Assembly: GCA_963782525.1 (NCBI GenBank)
Contig: CAWAKC010000007.1
Span: 224,001-288,000, forward strand
From: Candidatus Bathyarchaeota archaeon
Lineage (GTDB): Archaea > Thermoproteota > Bathyarchaeia > Bathyarchaeales > Bathycorpusculaceae
Reading direction: 5' to 3'
DNA: 64,000 nucleotides
A model generated the notes under the pieces. That model did not search any database, had not been told where the DNA came from, and saw only the letters and a list, made by a program, of their open reading frames with translations. Shown here one piece after another: positions 21,332 to 31,139 of this stretch (positions are counted from its first letter, which is position 1; each line of letters starts with the position of its first letter). The translations under genes and the position numbers were made by a program.

Positions 21332-21697
21332 TTGAAGTATAGTGAGTCTGATTACTCACTCTTGGCGATAGATATGGAAAATTTGGAATCAAAGAATAAA
21401 CCGCAGACAGAGGCTCCAACTCTGGATGGGTTAATCAAAAGGGAATGGGAAATGATCATTGAACTCCACAAAATGCTCAAAGACCCTGAACTCACAGTAA
21501 CTGAGAGGACACGGGTAGCCACAGTTTTTGCCTTCCACGCAAACACATTGAACAGGATGCTAACCCAAAAGGGCGAAAAAAACCAGTTTGAAGACCAAAA
21601 CTTGGGGGACTATGTGAGAGGCATAGAACCAAGGGTAGCTAGACGTTTTAGGCGTGACTTTAGAGTATGGAAGAAAGCACTTACGTCGAGAAGGTAA
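21332..21697 (+). CDS. Small helical protein upstream of terminase (possible small subunit); likely start 21374
   Basis: Overlaps the TerL start, predicted helical; assignment is positional only. Confidence 0.55.
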   Translation: MKYSESDYSLLAIDMENLESKNKPQTEAPTLDGLIKREWEMIIELHKMLKDPELTVTERTRVATVFAFHANTLNRMLTQKGEKNQFEDQNLGDYVRGIEPRVARRFRRDFRVWKKALTSRR

Positions 21698-23136
21698 TTA
21701 ACGATCCTGAATTCGCGTTCCAAGCCTATAATGATCTTAGGCGAAGACCCAAAGCCTTCAAAGAACTATGCTCTTACCGTGAAGTGACACGCAAACTTGT
21801 ACAAGATCCTGCGTTCTTTGCCATTTTAATGTGCGGCGACGGCTGGCTAAATAAAGCACCCAACCACCAGAAACTTCTTCAAGACCAGAGTTCAAGGCAG
21901 ATCGCTGTTTGTGGAAGAGGCTGGGGAAAAAGCCTTGTTTTTAGCCGAAAAAACCTCTGGCTTCTCTTCACAAAACCCAATTGCGAAAGTCTGATAATCA
22001 GCAGTACTCAACGCCAAAGCATGATCATGTTTGACTATTGCTACTCCACCATAATGGCAAATCCGCTTATGCGCGATATGCTTCAACGTCCTGGAACGAC
22101 GCGCACAGTTATTAAGCTAAAACCCCCGATAAACAGTAAACTCATCGCGTTGCCCTGTTCCCCAGATAAGCTCAGAGGTTATCATCCTGACTGGGTCTTT
22201 CTTGATGAGGCAAGCATTATCCCAACTGAGATGATCACTAGTGAAATCATGATGATGCTCACAAAACCCAGTTCCTCCTTAGTTATGAGCGGAACACCTA
22301 TGGCGTTTGACCACGTTTTTCGCAAAGCTTTCCTGGACACAAAACGCTACTCAATACATCATTACCCAAGCGATTCCAGCCCTCTTGTGAGTCAAGCGCA
22401 ACTCGAGGAATGGCGAGACATGATGACCAAGGAAGAATGGCAAAGAGAAGTTGAAGCGCTCTGGGTCGAAGCAACCCAGACTTTCTTTCCCATGGATCTC
22501 ATAGCAAAATGTATAGACCCTGAACTGGACAATCCAGCTTCCCCAAACCAGTATATCCAAGACATAGAACACATCGACAGCCAACAGTTGATCGGCAGGT
22601 ATTTTGGGGGTTTAGATTTGGGCAAACAAATTGACTTTAGCGTTCTGGTGGTGGTTCAGCTAACAGATGATGGCGAAGTTAGGCTGGTGCATAAGCGCCA
22701 GTTTCCTCTGGGCACGTCCTACCCAGAAGTTATCGCTTACGTAGCCAAAGCCTGTCAAGCCTTCAACTTTGACGGAATGTACGTTGACAAAACGGGTATA
22801 GGCGACGCCGTAGTGGATGAGCTCGAGGGTATAGGTATTCCAGAAGTAAAAGGCGTCTTCTTTACGGACGCAGAGAAAGAGAACATGCTCAACTACCTCA
22901 AATTACTAATGGAGAAAAAACAACTTCGCTTACAAGGCGGGGACAAGCAGCTTATTGCCCAAATTAACGAGCAACAATACGAGTACCTCCAGCCAAGCAC
23001 AGCGCAAGAACACATCCATATGAAATATAGGCACCCCAGAGGCAGACACGACGACCAACTATTTGCTTTAGCGCTAGCCTGTTATGCAACCAAAGAAGCC
23101 CAACCAGAACAGTTCGTTTTCATGGTCCCAAGATAA
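21667..23136 (+). CDS. Terminase large subunit-like ATPase/nuclease
   Basis: Walker A CGRGWGKS, LRG, Walker B VFLDEA, SGTP coupling motif; RNase H-fold GLDLGKQIDFS, VDKTGIG, HDDQLFALAL. Confidence 0.9.
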   Translation: MEESTYVEKVINDPEFAFQAYNDLRRRPKAFKELCSYREVTRKLVQDPAFFAILMCGDGWLNKAPNHQKLLQDQSSRQIAVCGRGWGKSLVFSRKNLWLLFTKPNCESLIISSTQRQSMIMFDYCYSTIMANPLMRDMLQRPGTTRTVIKLKPPINSKLIALPCSPDKLRGYHPDWVFLDEASIIPTEMITSEIMMMLTKPSSSLVMSGTPMAFDHVFRKAFLDTKRYSIHHYPSDSSPLVSQAQLEEWRDMMTKEEWQREVEALWVEATQTFFPMDLIAKCIDPELDNPASPNQYIQDIEHIDSQQLIGRYFGGLDLGKQIDFSVLVVVQLTDDGEVRLVHKRQFPLGTSYPEVIAYVAKACQAFNFDGMYVDKTGIGDAVVDELEGIGIPEVKGVFFTDAEKENMLNYLKLLMEKKQLRLQGGDKQLIAQINEQQYEYLQPSTAQEHIHMKYRHPRGRHDDQLFALALACYATKEAQPEQFVFMVPR

Positions 23137-23150
23137 CAAAGCACAAATCT

Positions 23151-23501
23151 TTATCCTTGCTCAGAAACCGAACTTTTCAAAGCGTCTTCAATCTCACCCC
23201 TCAACTCAGAATCGCGCACCTTAAGCAACAACCCAACCAGACGGCCCGCAATATTTACCTCCACCCCTCCTTCTCCGCGGTAAAATCGCCTTCCCTTGCG
23301 TAACCAATCAACTAAAACCCGAGCCTCAGCCTCAAAACCTTCAATGTTTCTTTCAGGAAAAACCAAAAGCTCACCCTCCACACAAACGCCCATAAACTGC
23401 TCAAAAGCACCAGTTACGGTACACCCTCCTGCAGAAGCTACACTCTTGAAATCACTGTAAAGCTGGGCTTCAAACCTAAAGCCCTTAAAGACCTTAGCCA
23501 A
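23151..23501 (-). CDS. Putative ribbon-helix-helix-like DNA-binding protein (start reassigned to TTG 23501)
   Basis: MAKVFKGFRFEAQLYSDFKSVA...TVTGAFEQFM has a strand-helix-helix pattern; the upstream extension in the ORF track runs through the repeat. Confidence 0.55.
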   Translation of the reverse strand: MAKVFKGFRFEAQLYSDFKSVASAGGCTVTGAFEQFMGVCVEGELLVFPERNIEGFEAEARVLVDWLRKGRRFYRGEGGVEVNIAGRLVGLLLKVRDSELRGEIEDALKSSVSEQG

Positions 23502-23615
23502 CGCACAAACCCCTGTATAAACAAAATATATAAACAAAATATAAACAAAACGCCCAACGTCAACAAACACCTCTCAATCAAACAGTGAATAAGCTAGAGG
23601 AAGCATGTTTCGGGT
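23493..23615. repeat. Copy A of a ~120-bp direct repeat with three TATAAACAAA iterons
   Basis: CTTAGCCAAC...TGTATAAACAAAATATATAAACAAAATATAAACAAAACGCCC...TCAAT..AAAC..GAAGC.TGT..GGGT aligns with 39773-39893. Confidence 0.85.
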
Positions 23616-23745
23616 CCTCATGCAAAAGCTCCCTATATTGTCCATGGTTAAAACACAGTTAAAATTCTTTTTTACAGTTTTAACTCATTCAGAGTGCTCA
23701 GAGACTTAAGAAAAAAAGGGTTTAATTTTGGATAATTAACACAAG

Positions 23746-24558
23746 TTAAGTTGTTTTCTTTATCAAAAGCTCACAAATACCGTCGATGCTTTGAACTGCA
23801 GCGATTTCCTTGTTTTTTAGCGGGGTTTCTCCAAGCATATCTGCCTCGATTACTTTTTGGTCCCATGGCACAAAAGCTAGAACCTCAATGCCGTTTTGGT
23901 CAGCAAAAGTTTGGATAGCATTTTTCTGGGTGTCGTTCATTACGCGGTTACCTATAAGATAGAGTTGTTTCATGCCCGCAGCCATTGCCATATCATGGAT
24001 GTGCTTTGCGATTTCCAGCGATTTCAGGTTAGAATCAGCGACAATTAAGAGGGCATCGACTTCTTTTGCGGTGCCCCTGCCGATGTGTTCCACGCCTGCC
24101 TCCAAATCCAAGACCACTGCCTCGTCGCGTTCCACGATTAGATTCCGCAGGAGCGCTCGGATAACGGCGGTTGGGGCACACATACAGCCTGCCCCCATGG
24201 AGTGAACTGTTCCCATAACAATTAAATTTACGCCAAGAGGGGTAGGAACAGAGTACTGTTTCACGATGTCGTCGACACTGAAGTTCAGATTGTAGACGCC
24301 TGAGTAACCCGTACTCGTTTTTGACTCAATCAAGGGTTTATTTTCTGAAATAGGAACTATCTTACGGGTTTCCTCCGTTGACAACCCCAACGTTAACCCC
24401 AAATTCGGAGAAGAATCCGCATCAATTCCTATAGTTTTTAAACCGCGTTCAGAAAAACCGCGGGCCAAGCCGCCAGCGATGAGAGTTTTGCCAACGCCGC
24501 CTTTACCAGAAACAGCAACCTTCATACAATCACAAACTAAAAATAATTTCATAGTCAA
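23746..24558 (-). CDS. cooC: CooC/AcsF nickel-insertion ATPase
   Basis: MKVAVSGKGGVGKT, IDAD..PNL, GCMC, DLEAGVEHIGRG. Confidence 0.88.
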   Translation of the reverse strand: MTMKLFLVCDCMKVAVSGKGGVGKTLIAGGLARGFSERGLKTIGIDADSSPNLGLTLGLSTEETRKIVPISENKPLIESKTSTGYSGVYNLNFSVDDIVKQYSVPTPLGVNLIVMGTVHSMGAGCMCAPTAVIRALLRNLIVERDEAVVLDLEAGVEHIGRGTAKEVDALLIVADSNLKSLEIAKHIHDMAMAAGMKQLYLIGNRVMNDTQKNAIQTFADQNGIEVLAFVPWDQKVIEADMLGETPLKNKEIAAVQSIDGICELLIKKTT

Positions 24559-24729
24559 ACTAATTTACATTTTCCCTACCCCAAAACATTGGCAACATAA
24601 TTTTTTGGCGCAACAACAGCGCTCTCAGGCAACCTAGTCTACTTTGGCTTAACACATTCGCATTCACGATAGCAAGTACTAGTGCTGGCAAAGGGTATTT
24701 TTTATCTGCCTACTTTAGAGATAAATGGG

Positions 24730-25758
24730 TCAATAGCTGTCTATTTTCTTTTTTTTAATTACTATTATCGTAAGAAGCGTGAAAAGTAGCAGTGGCAGCA
24801 CTGTTAGCCACGAGAGCTCTGGAATTGAAGGAGACGGTGCTGCTGTTGGGCTTGGGGTTAGCATTGGTGTTGCACTAATATTGGGTGTGAAAGTTGCTGT
24901 CGGTTGTTGCGTTGGTATTGATTGAGGCGTCTGAGTAGGTGTGGGTGTTGGAGCGGGGGAAGTTGTCGGCTCTGCAACACTATAGTCTAACAATTCTAAT
25001 GAAAAAGCCAGCGAACCCCCTGGCATATAATCTAGTTCTTTTACTTGTCTGTGTGCCTTTTCTGAGTAATAAATATCTGAGCTTGAGCCTCCGCTGTCTG
25101 TCCTTCTAATCACAAAGGTTTGAAAACTACCGGCTGGCACTTGAACATCCTCAGTTCTTAGCACTGAACAGTTTTGAGTTATTTTTTGGTTACTAGTACT
25201 ATTGGTTAACACGCCATTCAAATAATGTTTAAAAGTTATGGCTTGAGTGGTTGTCGATGACCAGGTTTTTCCAACATAAAGAGGAAAAGCGATGTCGTTT
25301 AATGGTGGATTGCAAATGGTTTCTGTTGTGATTGTTTCGTTAAATGTCGTAGTAGTTGTTTTTATAGTGTTTTCTGTTTTGGGTGTTGTGTAGTCTGTTT
25401 TTGTTTCATATTGTTTGCCGCTAGTTGTCCAGTTGCCTGTGTAACCTGATCCTGAAGTGGTTCCTCCACCTGCCATTGTGAATTCTGTACAATCATAGCC
25501 CGAAGCTGAAACAGAGGTGCTCGTAATCTCCTCAGTCATGGTGCCTTTTAATCCAGAAGGCTGTTGGTAGTTGACGCTTAATGTCCACTTATCGCCCAAG
25601 GTTCTGGAAGGCAATGAAGCAGTTTGACCTGCCACCGATGAAATATTAGGTAAAATTGAGCTTACCAAAATTGCCGCAATTAAAACAACTAATATCGACA
25701 AACTTCTCAAGTTAGCCTTGGGCAATATGAGTCCTTCACATTGGAAACTATAGTACAT
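24730..25758 (-). CDS. Secreted Thr-rich protein with PEF-CTERM-like anchor
   Basis: Signal peptide, VPAGSF motif, PT linker, IPELSWL plus TM plus KKKK. Confidence 0.8.
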   Translation of the reverse strand: MYYSFQCEGLILPKANLRSLSILVVLIAAILVSSILPNISSVAGQTASLPSRTLGDKWTLSVNYQQPSGLKGTMTEEITSTSVSASGYDCTEFTMAGGGTTSGSGYTGNWTTSGKQYETKTDYTTPKTENTIKTTTTTFNETITTETICNPPLNDIAFPLYVGKTWSSTTTQAITFKHYLNGVLTNSTSNQKITQNCSVLRTEDVQVPAGSFQTFVIRRTDSGGSSSDIYYSEKAHRQVKELDYMPGGSLAFSLELLDYSVAEPTTSPAPTPTPTQTPQSIPTQQPTATFTPNISATPMLTPSPTAAPSPSIPELSWLTVLPLLLFTLLTIIVIKKKKIDSY

Positions 25759-26043
25759 TTTTGTCTTAAGCCTTTCTCATGCTAACGGTTTTTCTTCTAA
25801 AGATGCCAAGAATAGGCGACATATCAAAAAGCATGGTATCAACACATTACCGAGACAAAGCCTCCGCTTAGAAGTATCTGGCTCAAATCAGCTTAACTTT
25901 CTTTTTTGCTACTCAATTAAAAACCTTTATTCACTCAGAAAAAACTCAGATTACGTTTTACTTTCCTAATTATTAATTATCGTTTTGTTAGGTGAATAGT
26001 AACCTTTATCTGCAAATAGGTATGAAAGTTATACTGTGAGAAT

Positions 26044-26334
26044 GTGGATCAAGAAAACTCCGACATCGCCGTGGTGGGAACCAAAGGCCAGATAGTTATT
26101 CCTCAACGCTTCAGAAAAGACCTGGCAATAACTCCAAACACCAAAATTATTGTATACCGAAAAGACGACAAACTTGTCCTAGCAAAACTCAAAGTTCCAC
26201 CACTAGAAGAACTAAAAGAACTTTTTGCAGAAATCGACCAACAAAACAAACAAAATAAAAAGCCAACCGAACAAGAGATTCTAAGCGACATTCAAGCTTA
26301 CCGACGAAAAAAGCGAGAAAGCAAAGGCGCATAA
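26044..26334 (+). CDS. AbrB/MazE/SpoVT-family antitoxin
   Basis: VGTKGQIVIPQRFRKDLAI. Confidence 0.88.
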   Translation: MDQENSDIAVVGTKGQIVIPQRFRKDLAITPNTKIIVYRKDDKLVLAKLKVPPLEELKELFAEIDQQNKQNKKPTEQEILSDIQAYRRKKRESKGA

Positions 26335-26335
26335 A

Positions 26336-26745
26336 ATGGTTCGCGTGGTCCTTGACGCTAATCTTTAGTGTCATCTCTTATCGATGAAGGAAAACCGCGA
26401 AGAGTTGTTTTTGAACTTTTAGACAAACATACTGTCGTATTATCTCAGCAAATGCTAGCTGAACTAGCCGATGTAATTTCAAGAGATAAATTTAAGGTTA
26501 CAATATCTCAGGTTGATAGGTTTGTTTCAAGCTTAGTTCGTTTGTCTAAAATGGTGCCAGATAGTGCCCGTTTTAAAGTTGTGTTGCAAGATCCTGATGA
26601 TGACGTAGTTCTAAACACGGTTTATACCGGGAGGGCCGAGTTTATCGTTACAGGGGACAAGCATCTTTTGGAGTTGGGTTCTTTCAAGAAAACTAAGATC
26701 ATAACTGTAAATCAGAGGCAAGACATCTTAATTGATAAAAAATAG
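26336..26745 (+). pseudogene. PIN-domain (VapC-like) toxin, frameshifted after codon 10
   Basis: ATG 26336 reads MVRVVLDANL* and the body continues in another frame (DPDDD..L, IVTGDKHLL). Confidence 0.8.
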
Positions 26746-26922
26746 TTTAAAGTAAGTTTGCTGTTTGTTCGATGCAGTTTTTGATTTCTTTCGGTGTTGC
26801 TGGAGGCGTAGAGTGCGAGTTGGAGTTTCACTTTTTTGTTAGCGCTTTGTGGGTTCATTCATGCAACAACACATCTTAATTATTCTGTTTCAAGATAGAT
26901 GGGAAATAACGGGGATTGACAT

Positions 26923-27159
26923 ATGATTTCAGCAGTTGTTTTAGTTACTACCGATACAGGTGCCCAAGATAAAGTGTTAGAAAACATAAAACTTGTTGAG
27001 GGCGTTGAAGAAGCTCACGCATTATACGGTGTCTACGACCTTCTAATCAAAATTAAGGGCAATTCTGTAGATAAGCTTAAGGAAATTACTAAATTACAAA
27101 TAAAACCGATAGCGGGCGTAAACAGTTATCTGACATTGATGTTAGTTCAAGACAATTAA
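26923..27159 (+). CDS. Stand-alone Lrp/AsnC ligand-binding-domain protein
   Basis: VEGVEEAHALYGVYDLLIKI...IAGVNSYLTL. Confidence 0.85.
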   Translation: MISAVVLVTTDTGAQDKVLENIKLVEGVEEAHALYGVYDLLIKIKGNSVDKLKEITKLQIKPIAGVNSYLTLMLVQDN

Positions 27160-27250
27160 CTATTTGTTGTTGTTTCATTTTGTGACAACATCATTTTATA
27201 TTATTTCAAGCGCTAATACGCTAACCAGACATAGTCCAACAGTAGCAGAT

Positions 27251-27340
27251 AGTTGGGCGGGTCTGGCTGCTAAATAAGGAGAAGGCAATCCCCCTTTCTT
27301 GCTGCATCCTGCTTTAGCGCATGGCTTGGTCCGCTTAACT
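27251..27340 (+). ncRNA. Candidate structured RNA (long imperfect hairpin)
   Basis: AGTTGGGCGGGTC pairs with GGTCCGCTTAACT and TGCTAAA with TTTAGCG, using G-U pairs; TATA-like TTTTATA near 27194; T-run after. Confidence 0.35.
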
Positions 27341-27516
27341 TAACATTTTGGGATAAGAATTGCTTGAAGGCTAATCGCCATTCAATATTAACGGTACTCA
27401 TTTTTTGGATGGTTGACTTTCGAGGAGCAAATAAAATTTCTATATGTTCTTTGTTGAACGGTTAAGTTAGTTGGTCAAAAATTATTTATGCAGAGTGGAT
27501 GTAAGATAGTTAGCCG

Positions 27517-27723
27517 ATGACTGTGAGTAAATCGAAAGCTTCGGATTATTTTGTTGCAGGAATCACTCTCATAGTTTTAGCGGGAGTTATCTGGCTAGTT
27601 GAAAACCTTGCTTTGAATAAAACAGTCGACAACAGTATTTTGCTTTTTATCCCCAGTGTTTTCATTATGCTAAGTGTCACTCATTTTATCGTAGCAAGCA
27701 AGAAATGGTATTCTTCGCATTAA
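27517..27723 (+). CDS. Small 2-TM membrane protein
   Basis: Two hydrophobic helices; own TATA-like element. Confidence 0.6.
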   Translation: MTVSKSKASDYFVAGITLIVLAGVIWLVENLALNKTVDNSILLFIPSVFIMLSVTHFIVASKKWYSSH

Positions 27724-27747
27724 CTTTTTAGCCAAGAGATCAAGCCC

Positions 27748-27963
27748 CTAAGAAGTGGGCTTTTTTGTTTCAGATTTTCCGCTCAGAACAATAACCCAAA
27801 GACCTAACCCAATTAACAGAAAACCAATAATAAAGCCAATAAACGATGAAAAACTTCGATAGTCGTTAGTAGGAAAAGTAATGACGCAGCCAAAATCCAT
27901 CGATACAATTGCGCCACCAATGGCAAAAAGTATTGCACCCAATAATCCAAATACAGATTTCAT
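27748..27963 (-). CDS. Small 2-TM membrane protein
   Basis: Two hydrophobic helices with basic tail. Confidence 0.6.
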   Translation of the reverse strand: MKSVFGLLGAILFAIGGAIVSMDFGCVITFPTNDYRSFSSFIGFIIGFLLIGLGLWVIVLSGKSETKKPTS

Positions 27964-28032
27964 GCTTTCACAATTTTTGTATTGTTTTGATCTTGCTTAA
28001 AAGTTTATAAAATCAGCCCAATTACTTTTTTC

Positions 28033-29589
28033 TTGATTCCCCTAAAATACACCATTATTGATAACCCAATAGCAACAATTACAAAACTTTATACTGCTAC
28101 GACGTCTGAATATAGGTCGGTGCTAATACACACGAATAAGTTGTGGGCGCTCGCAGTTGTAATCTGCACAGTTATGTTTTCAAGCTTGCTTTTTGTTCCC
28201 TTTGCGTGCGCGGATGTGCCTGCTGAACTTTGGGATTTTGCTTCCAACACAACCACTAACAATGTTTCTTGGGAAAGTGGCGTGGTAGTTGATGGAATAG
28301 CCTATGTATGGAACACTGAAACATACACAATACCAGGCGAACAAGCCCGCTACGAATCGATGTTTCCCCTAACACATTCGCTAGGAAACATTTACGCCCT
28401 AAACTCTCAAAACGGCGCCAAACTCTGGAACTACACTGTGACGGGTGATATTCGTTCTTTCCGCGTTCTCGACGGCGTGGCCTATGTTTCTGCAAGTGAA
28501 GGACTTAATATTGATGGAAAATATGGCGGAGGCGGCGTTTATGCATTTGACGCATCTACAGGCACTCAAAAATGGGTATATAAAATTGACGGCGACATTA
28601 TTAGGTGCTCAATTAGCAATAGCACGATCTATGTCTTCTTTCATGCTTCAGGCGATTACAGTTCTTTGCTTTGCGCAGTCAATGCAACTAATGGCAAGGA
28701 ACTTTGGAGGTGGAACGCTGGCTACTACGTTTTTCCTTCAATGTTTACCTTTAGTGATGAAGCACTCTTCTTTAGTATTAACCACCAAAACGATTATCGC
28801 TATTATGCTGTCAGCACGAGAGATGGCAACTTGCTTTGGAGCACACCAATAAACGGATCTGTAAACTGGTATTCCACAATTGGTGACGGCGTCGTCTATT
28901 TTAGCTCAACCCAAACAACCTACGCCTTAAACACCCAAGACGGCAATCAACTCTGGAGTTACCGGGCTGCAAGTTACGGCATAAGCGATAGCGGCATCCT
29001 CTACAACACAGTCGGCGACAACGTTTATGCCTATGATGGATTAAAAGGAAATCAAGTTTGGAATTACTCCACCGACGGTAGAACGATCCTATCTCTTGCA
29101 CGCATTGATAACGCGGTTTATTTTAGTACAAACGGCACCTTAACCGCCTTGAACATTGCAGACGGCACACCATTATGGAATAGCAGCACAGATGTAAATG
29201 GAACATTAAGCATCAGCGATGGCAGCTTTCGTTACTATAGCTTTGGCGCTTATGCTAGTGTTAATGGCGGAGTCTTTTATTATTATTCGGGAAAAACGCT
29301 TCATATCTTAGATGCGATAAATGGTAACAGCCTTTGGAATCACACAATTAGCAGTGACCAGTCGTTTGTTACAGTTGCCGACGCCATTGCTTTCTATAGT
29401 GGAAATAATTCAATTCATGCTTTGAGTTTTCCCACAGTTTCGCATCCTTCATCTAGTCCAACAGCAGCTCCTAATGGGACATCAATGAACTTGGTGTCAT
29501 TTAACCCGGCATTGATAATTGGGTCAATTGTCGTTGTGATTGTAGCATTATTAGTCATAGTTTTTGTTAGAAACAGAACTCGGAAATAA
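28033..29589 (+). CDS. Secreted PQQ-like beta-propeller protein with TM anchor
   Basis: Repeated YALNxxxGxxLW motifs; C-terminal TM plus RNRTRK; true start probably downstream (~28120). Confidence 0.82.
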   Translation: MIPLKYTIIDNPIATITKLYTATTSEYRSVLIHTNKLWALAVVICTVMFSSLLFVPFACADVPAELWDFASNTTTNNVSWESGVVVDGIAYVWNTETYTIPGEQARYESMFPLTHSLGNIYALNSQNGAKLWNYTVTGDIRSFRVLDGVAYVSASEGLNIDGKYGGGGVYAFDASTGTQKWVYKIDGDIIRCSISNSTIYVFFHASGDYSSLLCAVNATNGKELWRWNAGYYVFPSMFTFSDEALFFSINHQNDYRYYAVSTRDGNLLWSTPINGSVNWYSTIGDGVVYFSSTQTTYALNTQDGNQLWSYRAASYGISDSGILYNTVGDNVYAYDGLKGNQVWNYSTDGRTILSLARIDNAVYFSTNGTLTALNIADGTPLWNSSTDVNGTLSISDGSFRYYSFGAYASVNGGVFYYYSGKTLHILDAINGNSLWNHTISSDQSFVTVADAIAFYSGNNSIHALSFPTVSHPSSSPTAAPNGTSMNLVSFNPALIIGSIVVVIVALLVIVFVRNRTRK

Positions 29590-29700
29590 AATTTTCAAAA
29601 ACTTGGTTAGATAGGACCAGCAATTGGAAGCATTTCTGGATCCATTTTAATGCTCTGCGAAGTTGCTTGGAATAAGGCAATTTTTCATGAGCACCAAAAG

Positions 29701-30960
29701 TCAACTGTCTGAGTTAGGATAGTGTTTGATTCTCAATGTTACTAATGCTAGAGTAATTGATATCATCAAAGCGGTTATCGCCCAGGGGAATAGTTCTGGA
29801 ATAGGAGGAGTCGCTGTTGGAGTTGAGCTTGGTTGGACTTGAGTTAAACTGATTTTTGCCATCCAAGCGATTGGAATTGGTTTACTTGTATCTGATCCAG
29901 CTATAACATAGCTGCCATCAGGTAACTGCACAAGAGCATAAGCCTCATGGTTTTCTCCAAAGACCACTTCCGACTGTTCATTCCCTGAGGAGGCACTTGC
30001 AATAACAAGTTTGGTTCCGACAAGTGCAAAGTCTCCAATATTGTTTTTAGTCATGAATCTTGCTTGGCCAGCTCCATAGTATTTTGTCCATTGTGAATTT
30101 CCTAAAGCATCGGTTTTGACTGTGGCAAGGTTTGGTCCGCCGCCATTGCTGCGTAGCCACATCCAACCGCCCAAAGCGTAGCCACCATCACTTGTTTGAA
30201 TCACTGAAAAGGCGAAATCTTCATCTTGACTTCCGTAAGTTTTGCTCCACTTCAAATCACCGGTAGAGTTTGCTTTTATAAGCATGTAGTCGGGCAAATT
30301 ACCGATACCTCCAGCCAAAGCATAACCTCCGTCGCTTGTCTGGATAATCGAATTTACCTCTCCATCTCCAAGAGTCTTATTCCACTGTTCATTACCCAAA
30401 GCATCAGTTTTAACTAGCCAAATAGTTCCTTTGTTTCCGACGAGGTTGGTTTGACCTATCATTGCATAGCCACCATCGTTAGTTTGAGTTAAGGCTACCG
30501 CTGAGCTGAATCCTGACCCGCTGTAGGTTTGATTCCAGAGTATGTTGCCTTTGCCATCGATTTTTTCGAGCCAATAGTTCCCTGCATATTGACCAAATAT
30601 GGCATATGCGCCATCGTTGGTTGCAATTAGCCAGTTGCTGTAAAGATTCCCTTTGGCAGCATAAGTTTTATTCCATTGTAGGTTGCCGGTTGCGTCTACT
30701 TTGACAACTTCAATATTTGGTATGCTATTTGGCGAAAGGGCGGTTGAACCCGCTAAGAGAAATCCGTCATCAGCAGTTTGAACTATTGAGTCAACTTCAA
30801 TTAAGCCGCTTCCAGTAAATGTGCGATTCCACGTTATTGTCGGGACCATGGAAACGTCGGATGCTGACACATTTATCTGGAAAGCAAAGGAAGGCGTTGC
30901 ACAATAAGTCAGGGTCAATCCAAAAATCAGCATTATCAAAAGGGCACTTGGCGATTTCAT
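29701..30960 (-). CDS. Secreted beta-propeller-like repeat protein with PEL anchor
   Basis: Repeated QTxDGGYALxG / KTDxxGNxQWxKTYG units; IPELFPW plus TM. Confidence 0.82.
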   Translation of the reverse strand: MKSPSALLIMLIFGLTLTYCATPSFAFQINVSASDVSMVPTITWNRTFTGSGLIEVDSIVQTADDGFLLAGSTALSPNSIPNIEVVKVDATGNLQWNKTYAAKGNLYSNWLIATNDGAYAIFGQYAGNYWLEKIDGKGNILWNQTYSGSGFSSAVALTQTNDGGYAMIGQTNLVGNKGTIWLVKTDALGNEQWNKTLGDGEVNSIIQTSDGGYALAGGIGNLPDYMLIKANSTGDLKWSKTYGSQDEDFAFSVIQTSDGGYALGGWMWLRSNGGGPNLATVKTDALGNSQWTKYYGAGQARFMTKNNIGDFALVGTKLVIASASSGNEQSEVVFGENHEAYALVQLPDGSYVIAGSDTSKPIPIAWMAKISLTQVQPSSTPTATPPIPELFPWAITALMISITLALVTLRIKHYPNSDS

Positions 30961-31044
30961 CCTAACCCTCCAATTACACCATAGTGCGCCTTCTTCTTAT
31001 CGTTTGCTGGATAAAGATAAAACACTTTTTCAAAACTTAATTCC

Positions 31045-31139
31045 TTATTTTAGTCCTTCTCTTTGCTTTAAATAAACCATCATAACAGTAAACAATAGTG
31101 CAAAAACCATAATTATCCACAGACTGGAAATTCTGGAAC
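31045..31139 (-). pseudogene. Orphan PEF-CTERM tail without an ectodomain
   Basis: VPEFP, then frameshifted SLWIIMVFALLFTVMMVYLKQREGLK*. Confidence 0.65.

Noticed and set aside
23514-23555. CRISPR or mini-array from the TATAAACAAA repeats
   Set aside because: 10-bp units with 1-3 nt gaps and no spacers or cas genes; treated as iterons.
27333-27470. Integron attC site (ACTTAAC ... GTTAAGT)
   Set aside because: R boxes fit, but there are no complementary L boxes, no second similar site and no IntI in the window.
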